Assembly (NCBI GenBank): GCA_040182905.1
Contig: JARQWU010000104.1
Span: 1-32,023 of the forward strand
DNA: 32,023 nt
Direction: 5' to 3'
Source: Barthelona sp. PAP020
Taxonomy: Eukaryota
The stretch's first letter is position 1; the number at the start of each line of letters is the position of its first letter. Shown piece by piece: positions 19,256 through 30,600 of this stretch. The notes under the pieces were generated by a model. That model did not search any database. It had not been told where the DNA came from and was given only the letters and a program-made list of their open reading frames with translations. The position numbers and the translations under genes are program-made.

Positions 19256-21544
19256 CTAATTCTCATCTTTTTCAGAATCAGAAATATCAGATATAATCGG
19301 ATTCAAATTTTCATTAGCAACTTTCAAGTATCTATCCCTGTCTTCTTCTTCTTCTTCCTCATCTTCATGATCAATTTGATTTGCAGCTTCTTCATTTGGA
19401 ATATCACTTTGATAACCTTGTGAATCAAATTGTTCGCTGGTAATGCTTGCTAAACGATTCCTATTTTCATCAGTTTTATCACCTTTCTCTTCTTCATTAT
19501 TCTCGTTTGACACGGATTCGTTTGTACATCCTACTTGTTTGTTTTCTTTATTTATTTCAATTTCAACATTATTTCCATTGGGTTTATTTGCTTCAGGTGA
19601 TAAAACAGGATTCAAGAAATGATAACGCTTGACATAATGAGAATTAAACAAACGAGTATCTGTATAGTAGCATAACAAATTAAAGAGAACTGAATCAACT
19701 AAATAACCAATTGTTTGAGCATTATCATGAATCGTATTCACAAGGTATGGTCTTGAATTTGGGATTATACCAACAAGATTTAAATTTTTCAAATATTTGA
19801 ATAATTTCTTTGAAGAAACATATGTATTAGCAAATTTTTCTGTTACTAGAGGATATATTCCTTTAATCAATGATAAAATAGTGAAAGAAGCATCATTTAA
19901 TTCTCTTGTCAATGAAAGATATTTTGAAATGTCAAGACTCTTTAAATCCAAATTATTCTTTACCAAAAGGTTTGTTAGTTCTTCTTCTGTTGAAGGAAAG
20001 ACAAGTAAAGTTGATAAATCATCAACCTCAGATAATAATGCTGAAATAAGACACGGATTCTTTAAATAACCATATTCAATGATAGTCCCAACAGTATTCA
20101 AGCACATTTTTAAGAATTTGAAATTTTTAGTGTCTAAATACAGTAAAGATGGTGATGCAATAAACTTAACAAAGGATATCATAATTAAGCAAGTATCTGT
20201 GGTAATATCTTCCACAAAGAATGAAATATTATGCATAGTCATCAATAATAACGGTAATACAGCACTATTAGAATCGAAAAGATTATTAATAATCTTGAAT
20301 AATGCTAAGAAAACAAAATTCATGTAAGTTGTTGATTTGATGGAATTAATCTTTTTATCTTTCATTTTTCGATTCAAATTCAAGCAAACTTCTCTAATTT
20401 TACTTAACTCAAGCAAAATTCGACTTCCAATCAAAATAACTTGAGGATTTTCAGACATTTCAACGTATTCCAACATATGCGTTAAAATACCAATAATAAT
20501 TCGATGATTCTTATCATTATTTACCAAATATTCTTTAAAATGATCATTATTCTTCAAAATAATCTCAAAAACAGTTAACAATTCATAAAGATAAAAGATT
20601 GACTTCTTAGAATCAGGTAAAAAAGTATTTGAAGCACGAATAGGATTAAATATCATAGAAATAAACCCTTCAAGCAAAAATGCCAAATCTGCTTCAGCAG
20701 TCAATTTCTCAATCAATTGTAACCACACATTTTCTTCTTTTTTCGCTTGTAAACATAATAAAGAAATTATTTGAAGACAATGACATGATACTTCCATTGG
20801 AAAGCTTTGTGTCAAAGCATTCATATAAGGTATCTTTGAAGCATTCATTTCAAAACTCAATCCACAATTTATGACACTACAAACAAATGCACCAACGTTT
20901 AATAATTTTTTATTCAAAAAACTACCTAAGAATAAGTTTGTTTCCCCCAAACTTTCATAAGGGGATCTATAAATATCAATTCCTAACATAGTGACAATAG
21001 TTCTTAAGGTCCAACGTCTACATAACAAAATTCTTCGGTCTATTTTTCTTTTATTATACACTAATATACCATCTTCCCAAATCATTTCATTGAATATTGG
21101 TTTTGGAGATGAAATTCGAGTGTGATAAGTAACATTCGGTAAAAATGCTAAAACCATCAGTTGATTCACCAAATATTCATAAACATATTTATTTGTTTCT
21201 TTGTATTTGATTTGAAAAATACTGGAAAATAGGTCTTCTTTTCCTTCACACATACAATAACTGATTATTCGACTAACAATTATATTGAAAGAAATAAATG
21301 TGTTGAAAGGTACAGTATTTTCTTTCTTTAAACATTCATCAATATAATCAATACTATTCAAAAGAATATATTTCACATTATTAGGTTGTCTTTCATGGAT
21401 ATTTTCAAGTAAATCCATATGAAACCAGGACTTATTTGCTTCAAAACCAACTTTTTCATATAATTTCAAAAAAAGACTATCATCTTCTTCACAATTTTTT
21501 TGATATAATGAATCATAAAAACTAGAAAAATCAAAATCAAACAT
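19256..21544 (-). CDS. HID1: HID1/Ecm30 family Golgi trafficking protein (dymeclin-related), 762 aa
   Basis: HID1-like blocks IWEDGI, FLLEGFISMIFNPIRASNTFLPDSKKSI, GSRILLELSKIREVCLNLN, IIEYG…NPCLI and LVGIIP. Acidic low-complexity C-terminus. Confidence 0.8.
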   Translation of the reverse strand: MFDFDFSSFYDSLYQKNCEEDDSLFLKLYEKVGFEANKSWFHMDLLENIHERQPNNVKYILLNSIDYIDECLKKENTVPFNTFISFNIIVSRIISYCMCEGKEDLFSSIFQIKYKETNKYVYEYLVNQLMVLAFLPNVTYHTRISSPKPIFNEMIWEDGILVYNKRKIDRRILLCRRWTLRTIVTMLGIDIYRSPYESLGETNLFLGSFLNKKLLNVGAFVCSVINCGLSFEMNASKIPYMNALTQSFPMEVSCHCLQIISLLCLQAKKEENVWLQLIEKLTAEADLAFLLEGFISMIFNPIRASNTFLPDSKKSIFYLYELLTVFEIILKNNDHFKEYLVNNDKNHRIIIGILTHMLEYVEMSENPQVILIGSRILLELSKIREVCLNLNRKMKDKKINSIKSTTYMNFVFLALFKIINNLFDSNSAVLPLLLMTMHNISFFVEDITTDTCLIMISFVKFIASPSLLYLDTKNFKFLKMCLNTVGTIIEYGYLKNPCLISALLSEVDDLSTLLVFPSTEEELTNLLVKNNLDLKSLDISKYLSLTRELNDASFTILSLIKGIYPLVTEKFANTYVSSKKLFKYLKNLNLVGIIPNSRPYLVNTIHDNAQTIGYLVDSVLFNLLCYYTDTRLFNSHYVKRYHFLNPVLSPEANKPNGNNVEIEINKENKQVGCTNESVSNENNEEEKGDKTDENRNRLASITSEQFDSQGYQSDIPNEEAANQIDHEDEEEEEEDRDRYLKVANENLNPIISDISDSEKDEN

Positions 21545-21920
21545 TAATATCCTATTCAGTCGGTCAAAAAAAAAAAAACACGAAAAAACAAAAAAAGTTT
21601 ATTCCAAAAGGAGATAAATGAACGTATTTCAATTTTTATATTCATAAATTAACTTTATAAATGGTTAAGTTACCATATCATTGTATTAATAGTTGGGTTT
21701 TAGAGAATAAAAATTTTTGCTTTGAATCTGACAAAATTTGAAGTGAAAAGAAAAATTGAAATTGAAATAGGTGGAATATGTTTGAAATTAGCATAGGTCT
21801 TTAAGTTTTGAAAAACCTGACTACAACAACTATTCACAATTATACTTTTACAGACGAAAAAAAAGTGAATTTATTTATACGATAAACAAAAGAAATTCAA
21901 AAAAAAAATCCCATCATTAA

Positions 21921-24272
21921 TCATCTCTCATCTTCGGAAAAACTATAAATAATTGAGTTGTCAAAGCCAACAGAAGATAAAAATGGTTTGAAAGGATGAA
22001 AACTAACACATGAAGCCACACCTCGATGATGTTTTTGCCTTGATAAACAATCCCCATTCTGAATGTCAAAAATACTGACATATCCATCTTCCCCACCTGC
22101 AGCAATATATCTACCACAAGGACTAACATCAGCAAAAATAGATTGACTTCTGAATGCCACTTGAAATCTTAAAATAGGTTCTGCTGTTCTAATATCCCAT
22201 AGTCGTACACCATCCATTGCATTTGCGGATAAAAATATATTTTCCAAGCTGTGTTGCTTTGTCTTTTCACAACAAAATAAAAGTTGATTAAAGGGTCTTT
22301 CGGCAGCATTTTCAAGATGATATATTGGTTGTTCAGCAATTAAATCATGTAATACTAAGGATTTATTGGTTCCACCTGAAAGTAACAACTGTGATTCAAA
22401 TTTTGGAGCTGTCATACACTTTATAGCATTTGTATTTTCATGTGTTAACAAACCTTTGATTTGGAAAGTGGAATTAATTTGATTTCTGTCTAGGTCATTC
22501 ACATCTTCCGACAACTTCAATCTTAAAACCGGTATTTGATTACCGTTGCCAAAGCAAAACAATTTGTCATTAAAAAGCCAAGTACCTGAACACACATGAT
22601 TCGTTAACCCTTTGAAATTGGACCCATTAATTGTCAATAAAGATTTTTGACGAAATGGTTTCAAAAACTCAATCGAATTGGAATTGAAACTTGAAAAATA
22701 ATCGTTCGTGGAAGCAAATGCCAAAGAATGTATGCTCTTTCCTACCAAATGAGCAGTCATATCTTGTTTATGACGAAACGCAGGCATTTTCTGTTGGATT
22801 ATTGAGCCATCTGTTGTTACAGCAATTAAACAACCTCCAGAAGCAACAAAACTATGATAGGTGAGTGCATTATTCCCATCAACCAGTGTTGTCCAATCGT
22901 CGTTAATATTGGTTAATAGAGAACAATTCATAGGATATGGAGATACTGGTTTTGATTTTGTCACCTTATTCCTTGATGTTTTCGTGTCTTTAGGAAGACT
23001 GAACATTTTTTGCTTTGCATGAGTGACGCCATAACCGGAAGATCTTATTTTACGGTTGAAAGTGACAGGTTTGTCTCTTGATTTATTTTTAGTTCCCTTA
23101 TCTTTGCTTTTCATTGTCTGTGCATTTCTTGTGTCATGTTGCGAAGAAATGAAAAGCATTGAACTGGCAGGAATATCTTCACGTTTTAACCTAATGTTGA
23201 AATCATGAATTGACCTCTTTTGAAATACAGTTTCAAACAAATAAATCTCCTTGCTCATAAAATTCAGGATATATCCGAATTCGTTTTCCAAACAGCCAAT
23301 GTTTGGTAAAATCTCCAAATTCAAATTATTTAAGGTACACAGTTCACACAAATCCAATGTAGAGGCATGAAAAGACGCTATTCCACGCTGAGTCAGTATT
23401 AAAATCAAGGTAGTATTTTCCCTGCTAAAAAAACCCATGTCCAACACAATAACATCATTAGAAACAGGAAGAAAGTCTCTAGACACATCTTCGGTACAAC
23501 TCTTATCCTTCTTAACTGCAGATATAATGATTGTATCAAATGCATTCTCATCAACAATATCATTGTCCAATGCAACCATCTCACGGTTAAGTAAATGATG
23601 AATGCGTTCAAGATATCTGCCTAAACCTTTGGTTAGCACAGTGGAAAAAGGCTTATCAAGCGATATGACAGTAACAGTTAACATAGAATCTAATATATAC
23701 AGCAAAGATTCAAAAGGATGACAATACATGTTTAAAATGGTTCTAGTGGGGCTAATTTCCTTTTCAAAAGTTAAGCTCGATAGAGCAAAATCAAATACTC
23801 TGATGACACATTGATCATCTCCTGTACATACTAGAGTAGGGTTGGTTTTTGACCAACAAATAAACTCGATGTATGAAGGACATCTCAATGTAAATACAGT
23901 CTTCAAAGTTAATGTGGATACAATATGCACTTCTTGTAAATATCCAATAGCCAACATTGAATTGTCAAAATTAAAAGATATTACGCTAATATTATCCCCA
24001 ATAAAGGGTAAAGGAATGAATTCATTTGAATAACTTTCTCTTCTAACATACAATTCCGTTTTAGTACAAATACATATATATTCATCATCATTACTAACAT
24101 GTAAACCAATAAATTCTTCAGTTATAGGAATTGCTTCCTCAAATTCTTCCTTTGTTTCAAAATTATAATATTTCAACGTTGAATTTTCCAACAGATAGAA
24201 TCCTCGATCACTAAAATCGCATAAACATTCTCTGTTTTTTGTTGTAAATTGTTCAACAAAAGAAACATCCAT
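21921..24272 (-). CDS. WDR27: WD repeat protein 27 homologue, 783 aa
   Basis: N- and C-terminal WD40 propellers joined by the WDR27-like linker DKPVTFNRKIRSSGYG…KMF…YP-x-x-C. C-terminal repeats VRLWDIRT, SPCGRYIAAGGED and VSFHP. Confidence 0.85.
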   Translation of the reverse strand: MDVSFVEQFTTKNRECLCDFSDRGFYLLENSTLKYYNFETKEEFEEAIPITEEFIGLHVSNDDEYICICTKTELYVRRESYSNEFIPLPFIGDNISVISFNFDNSMLAIGYLQEVHIVSTLTLKTVFTLRCPSYIEFICWSKTNPTLVCTGDDQCVIRVFDFALSSLTFEKEISPTRTILNMYCHPFESLLYILDSMLTVTVISLDKPFSTVLTKGLGRYLERIHHLLNREMVALDNDIVDENAFDTIIISAVKKDKSCTEDVSRDFLPVSNDVIVLDMGFFSRENTTLILILTQRGIASFHASTLDLCELCTLNNLNLEILPNIGCLENEFGYILNFMSKEIYLFETVFQKRSIHDFNIRLKREDIPASSMLFISSQHDTRNAQTMKSKDKGTKNKSRDKPVTFNRKIRSSGYGVTHAKQKMFSLPKDTKTSRNKVTKSKPVSPYPMNCSLLTNINDDWTTLVDGNNALTYHSFVASGGCLIAVTTDGSIIQQKMPAFRHKQDMTAHLVGKSIHSLAFASTNDYFSSFNSNSIEFLKPFRQKSLLTINGSNFKGLTNHVCSGTWLFNDKLFCFGNGNQIPVLRLKLSEDVNDLDRNQINSTFQIKGLLTHENTNAIKCMTAPKFESQLLLSGGTNKSLVLHDLIAEQPIYHLENAAERPFNQLLFCCEKTKQHSLENIFLSANAMDGVRLWDIRTAEPILRFQVAFRSQSIFADVSPCGRYIAAGGEDGYVSIFDIQNGDCLSRQKHHRGVASCVSFHPFKPFLSSVGFDNSIIYSFSEDER

Positions 24273-24672
24273 TATAGGACTTTTTCCAATTTGCTTGTTC
24301 GAAAAACAGTTTTATTTTTTTGAAGACACATTAAATCTTTAAGATAAACTTAAATACAAATCATTTGAAATGAAAGAAACAAAAAATTGAAAAGGGTTTA
24401 CATCATAGTTTATTTAAAATGAATCAATTAAAATCAAAAAGAGTCACAAAAAGAAGAAAATTATAAAAGAAAAGGAGGTGAGTTCTTTTCTTCAAAGTAG
24501 AACCATTGATTTTTGAAATCATTTTCAATTCAGTGAAAACTATCTTAATATTAATGTAACAATAGAAACAAATAATTTAACTGAAAAAGATAAAAGATTT
24601 GTGATTGAACATTTATTCTTATTCAATTTGGAGTTTTGATTTTATTTCGATTAAAACTGAATGCACTCATGA

Positions 24673-27600
24673 ATGGTTGGATTAATATCGTTAATATTAC
24701 TGTTTTATTTGAATATATTTGATTGTTCTTTACCATTTAACAACCATTTGGTTAAAAGTGGAAGAAAAAAGCAACATGTGTTCTATTTTTTATATACACT
24801 TCAAATAGTATTAAGCTTTCAAGAATTTTATCAAAATTCAACCACAAATTATATAATTTTTGAAAATAGAATTTTTAATGCTTTGATACCATTTTTTGGA
24901 TATCAAATATTTTATTTACATTGTTTAATACTTGTGACAAATAATTTTTCTGTGAATAAGACATGTAATGTATTTTTTTTTGTTGGAATAATATTAATTC
25001 AAATATATGGTATCATTGGAACGATAAAACATGGTTATAACATGTTATTTTGTTTGAATTTACCAAATTTTTTATACTTATTGAATAGAGTTATATATAT
25101 AACATTTTATCAGAAGATCAGCATTCCTAATTTAATTTTAGAAGTTTTTGAGCCTATTAAAGATAATTCAAGAATAGAACAAGCTAAATTTCGTGCTTTT
25201 TTGAAAATCTTGTTTTTTCCATATTTAATGAGTGTTTCAATGTATATGCTTCGTATATGTTGTCAACCAAATATGAAAGGATACGATATTATTAAGGTAT
25301 TTGGTTTTCATTCGTTATTCTTCTTTTGTATTGGTTTACAACTATTCTTGTTTCCTTGGGGTAAATTATTATCATTTCCAGCTATTATTATAACTATTTT
25401 AACGTTTCCTTCGATCTGTTTAAACTGTTTATTTCCTGATTACAGTTTGATGGTCACTTTACAAATCGTTTATCTGGTATACATGAGTTTGATGTCTATA
25501 ATAATGATATTTGAATTGAACGCTGTTGATAAAGATAATCGGTTTAATGAAGGATTTTTTGAAGTGAATTTGATTAATAATACGTCAAAACCACCTAAAT
25601 GTTTAATAGAAATGAAGGAAAATTCGAAATTCAAGTTTTTGAACAGTCAATTTTTTTTTTATTATAACAGTTTTTTTCAATTTTTTGTTTTGGAAAAAAT
25701 TGCGAAAACAATTGAGAATGAAAATAAAGGGATGGATTTTGGATTCTTTTTAATTGTTGTTTTGTTATTGACGACTTTTTTATCAAATATAGTCAATTTA
25801 ACGTTTCGAAAGTTTTCATTCAATGATTTTTCTTTCTTATTAGATAATAAGAATTCAAAAAATGCTGTAAACTTCAATATGAGAATGAATGACATGAATT
25901 CAGATTCAAATCATCTTGAAATATTAAATATTCAACAAAAATTCAAAAAATTGGTTATATATTATCTTATTTATTTGTTGCTATCTTTATGTTTTCCTGT
26001 TGGTGTGTTTTTTGTTCTCATTCCCATTGTAGATAACATAAGTGAGGTTCCTTTATCACATCCTTTGTTTTTGCTTACTTTACTTTCAAATGGCCTTAAT
26101 TTTTATTTCAGTTGCAGGCATTTCTATAAATTTTTTCAATTTTTTGAAAATTCCAAAAATCTGTTGAAAATTGAAGCTTCCAAGCCAATGAAACGAATAT
26201 ACAATTTCGTCATTAAAATTGGATTAAATTCGTCGTATGTTTTATTTTTGTCTCATTTTATCTGTGTCTTTATCTTTTCTTTCAAACATTTAGATATCAA
26301 TGAGATGGTGGTTGAAACAGGTTTTACCACAACATTCCTTATTTATGCTTTCTATACTAATGTAGGTATGAATCGTAACTCAATTAGTAGATATGATGTT
26401 ATTCTTTGCATAGTATTTTGCAGTTATTTATCGGTTTTTTTTATTTACAGAGCTCCTACTTGTTCTCATTATGAAAGACTTGTTTTTGTATTTGCTAACG
26501 TTTGTTGGCAAATCATGTTTTTAAGAACTGTTGTTAAGATGGTCCATTTTTCAAAAACTCTTTACACGAAGAATATTATTGTAATATGTTGTGTTCAAGG
26601 GTTTCTAAACATCTGTTCTTATATACATTTATTTTTGTTTTTTGAAGAAGAACAAGGTATTTATGAAATGTTTGCTAGAGCTAAGTTGCTATTGACATTG
26701 CTAATCTTTGTTTTGTGTTTTCATTTTATATATCCTTTCTTTTGTATGAATCTTGCATTATATTCAGAAAAAAAGAAGAATATTAATCAATTGTTTGTCC
26801 TTTATTATTTATGGCTTATTGCCTTGTTTTGTGTCTTCTTTTTCCTTTTAATTGTACAATTTAATCATTTACTGAAGTTATCTGTACACGATTTTATCAA
26901 TGGAATTTTGATTTTTTCTTTTTTGTTTTTCCTATCATTATTAGCTTATCAATCAGGTTTGCTTACTGGTTTTGCTAATAGTGAAGGCAACATCTATTTG
27001 AATTTGACATTGAAAAAAATAGTAGTCATATTCAATAATGGTGAGTATAATGATCTTACGCTATTGATAAATTGTTCGTTGTTGATCAGTATTGGTGGCG
27101 TTTTGCATAATCTGTACGAATTTTATTTAACACCAACAAATAACGTTTTTATTCTGTTAATTTTCCTTTTTTATTTATATTTGGCTCATTATTTAAATAT
27201 CAGTGAGAATTCTCATCAAATTCAACTTGTCAAAATCAGTAAACTGATTTCAAAACAAATGATCATTGGTGTTTTTCAAAAAATTTCAAAGAATTATAAT
27301 TTGGATTCAAAAGTTTTGCAAATGTATGGTTTTTTAATCAAAGATTTGAAACTAACTGAAAAAATCAATAATGCTGAAGAAACTCCTTTGATTCAACATA
27401 AAAAGTCTAATTCATCAAATTCTCCTTCTGCTTCTAATCAATCCAAGCCCAATGTCTTGGATCCTAGTGATAATGTTCTCATTAAGTATGGATTGTCAAA
27501 AAGTTTTTCTGATAGCTTTACTTATGAGCATATAATGAGTCATTATTCATTTGTTGATATGGATAAGACAAAAGAAGATTTTCATGAAGAAAAATTATGT

Positions 27601-30600
27601 CAAATAGATGAAGATTTAGAGAACGAATTTAACATGTCCGTGTCAATATCTTTGACTAGTAATAGCAACAATAGCAATGAAAATGATGGTGAAAGTTTTG
27701 AAAATTTGAAATGTTATGAACTTGATGAAAGTTTTCAGCATGATATTTCAGCAAAGAGTGATATTGAAAATTTGATTACTTTATGTGACAATTATCTTGA
27801 AGATTTGAACATTTTATTGAAATATTTTGCTGAACACGAGAATATTGAAGTTAAAAGAATCAATTTTCGAGGAAAAAATGTTAGTTTTGGTGTTATCAGT
27901 AAGAATGAACAAGATTACATTGTAAAAAGGATAATACAAGAACAATATTATTTCAAAGAGAAGAGAAGAGATATTATCAGCAAAATCTACATGGAATTGT
28001 ATGAATTGTGTTCGGTTTGGGAACACTTTCAAAATTTTCATGTTTTTAAATGGTTGAATCGAAAGAATCATATTGATCTGAAAGATGAACGAGAAAATTC
28101 TGACCTCTATGGTTTTTTTAAGTCAAAAAAGAATTTTGAAGAAATTAAACAAAAAGTTTCACTTGAACTACAAATGAATGATATGAATAATGCAAATTTA
28201 TCTGTTTATTCTGCGTTTCAACATTATTTCATGAATAGATTGGAAACAATCAAGATTTTTGAAGATTTTTCTCAACATTTTTCAACGATTGATTTATCGA
28301 AGAATATTTCGGTTAATTTCGGAACATTTCAAACATTTCAAAACATTGGTAATTCAAAGAAAAACAATATAGAAAAAAAAAAAATTTCCAATTCACCTGA
28401 TCACATGAATGCCACACAAAATTATCTTACTATTTTTAATAGCAACAAAAATAAGCAAGAAATAGAAGAAAAGAATGGTGAAAATGAAACAAAATTAATG
28501 ATGAATTTCAATAAATATTCGTTTATTCCAGTATATAATTCAAAATCTGATAAAAAGAATAAAATAAAAAATTGGTCAATCATATATTTAAAAATCAAAA
28601 AATTATTGGAAAACATTGGAAATTGTCGTAAAAAATTGGTATTTATCAAACAAAAAATATGTATCTTGAATAATCTTGATTTTAAAGATATTTATATGAA
28701 ATATATCGATATAGAATTATTAATTGACCATTATTTTGAAAGGAGTACTCAAATACATATTATAATTGAAGATATTGAAGTTAATAAGAGAGCAGCAAAG
28801 AACAATCAATCTGCTAGATTATATTTTGAAGAGATTGAAAGAAAATTATTGTCAATGAATAATTTGAATAGAGAAATTGAAAACATTAAATTATTTCTCA
28901 AAAATAAACCAACGATACAATGTGATAATCTTAGAAGGACCACTTTATTGTTTTTGAATCATGTGAAAGAATCAATTGTTCACAACAGATTGTTTTGTGA
29001 TGAGACTTTTAATGATATTGATCAAATAGTATTTGGTAAATGTTGTAAAAAGAAAAACAATGAAAGAGATTGTAAAGGTGGTTTAAATATTCAGCAATTA
29101 CAAAGAAAAGAAAAGAAAGAAAAGAATCACAGTCTTTCTTTCAACAATGAATTTATTTTCTTTGATAATGATGAGAAAGTGGAGGAAATAGAAGAAGAAA
29201 TAAAAGAAATAGAAGAAGAGAAAAAAGAAATTGATATTGAAGAAATTACAAATGCTAGTATTGAATTCAGTGATCTTTTGAATTCTGCTGAAATCAACTC
29301 ATTTACATTGAAAAATATTAATGAATTATTCCCAAATAAAAGAGGTTATTCAATATCTTTAGATTTTGAAACTAAATCACCGAATATATTTTTCAAACAA
29401 GAAGATCTGTATTCTAAAAAAATATTTTTATATGATAATCCTGTATTCATGCTGATAGTGAATTTGTTGCAATTTTCTAAGATGAAGGTCTTTTGGAATG
29501 ACCTTTTCTTCAGATACGATTCACAAACAGGAATATTTATGTTAAAATATTATGAGGGTTTTAAAACTTGTTATATGTTATTTGATGGCTATTTACCATG
29601 TCTTGATGATGAACTTCTTTTTATCCAACCAATTTCAAATTATTCAACTGGTTTCACAAATAATTTCTCCATAACCAATAATAACAGTAAAACAACACAT
29701 AAATCTAAAAACAAATATTTAGCTTTTGCTTTGTTGGAAAAAGCTTGTGCCAAACTCTTGAACTCATATCATAACCTTCATCACTTGAATAATTCTCAAG
29801 TGTATTCATTATGTATGATTCTGTTTGGGTTCAGAGGAAACTTATTCAATAAGATTGATCTGTTTACTAATCCTGATTGTTTAAGAACATGTTATCAGCA
29901 AGTTATTCAATCATGCTTCAACAATTTTTCAGTTTCTATAGCTCAAATTTCTATACAAAATATGAAATTGATAGTGTTAATTACCAATATTACTGAAGTT
30001 ATAGTTGAAGATATTCCTATTCGGTATATCCATTTCATCTCCTTGAATTCAATTGACCAATCAGTCTTTAATTCAATGAACGTCATTTTTGAAGAAGAGA
30101 TCATCTATCTCGAAAGACCCACCGATAATTATGGTTTTTGGATCACTTTTGAACAATTCATAGACATTGCCATATCTATCTTTTCCTGTGATATTCTGCC
30201 GTACTATTTTTCAAACATGTTTAATGGTACATTCAAAGGAGTTGTTATGGAAAAGAACATTTCAAAAAATTTAAAAAACGTTAAGTTCCCATTGTTCAGT
30301 TGGTATAAGCTTTGCTTAGCAGAATTTTCCCATTTTATCAATCTTGAGATTCATCTAAATTTCATCTTATACAACAACGATGATGATGTTATTTTAACTT
30401 TCTGGAAATACGATCAAAATTGGAACTGGTCTTTGATTCATGACCCTATCAAAGTCAATGATGCTGTTACTGGTATTCATTTAAAAGTGTCAACCTTGAA
30501 TGATGTTGTTTTTTTACCAATTACAGAAAGTCAAAATACTTGCAATTTTTCTCTTGTTGTTTATTGTGACAGAGCTAAAATTCTTGTTGAACATCACAAA

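Noticed and set aside
24478..24533. Possible 56-nt intron GTGAGT…TTCAG upstream of the calpain-like gene
   Set aside because: Splicing gives GAG|TGA in the coding-like frame, and the ATG 24419 frame stops before the donor, so it does not rescue an ORF.
24514..24672. Several in-frame TGA codons suggesting TGA reassignment or selenocysteine
   Set aside because: A TAA also occurs in frame (24652), TGA terminates the LRR and WDR27 genes, and Trp is encoded by TGG throughout.
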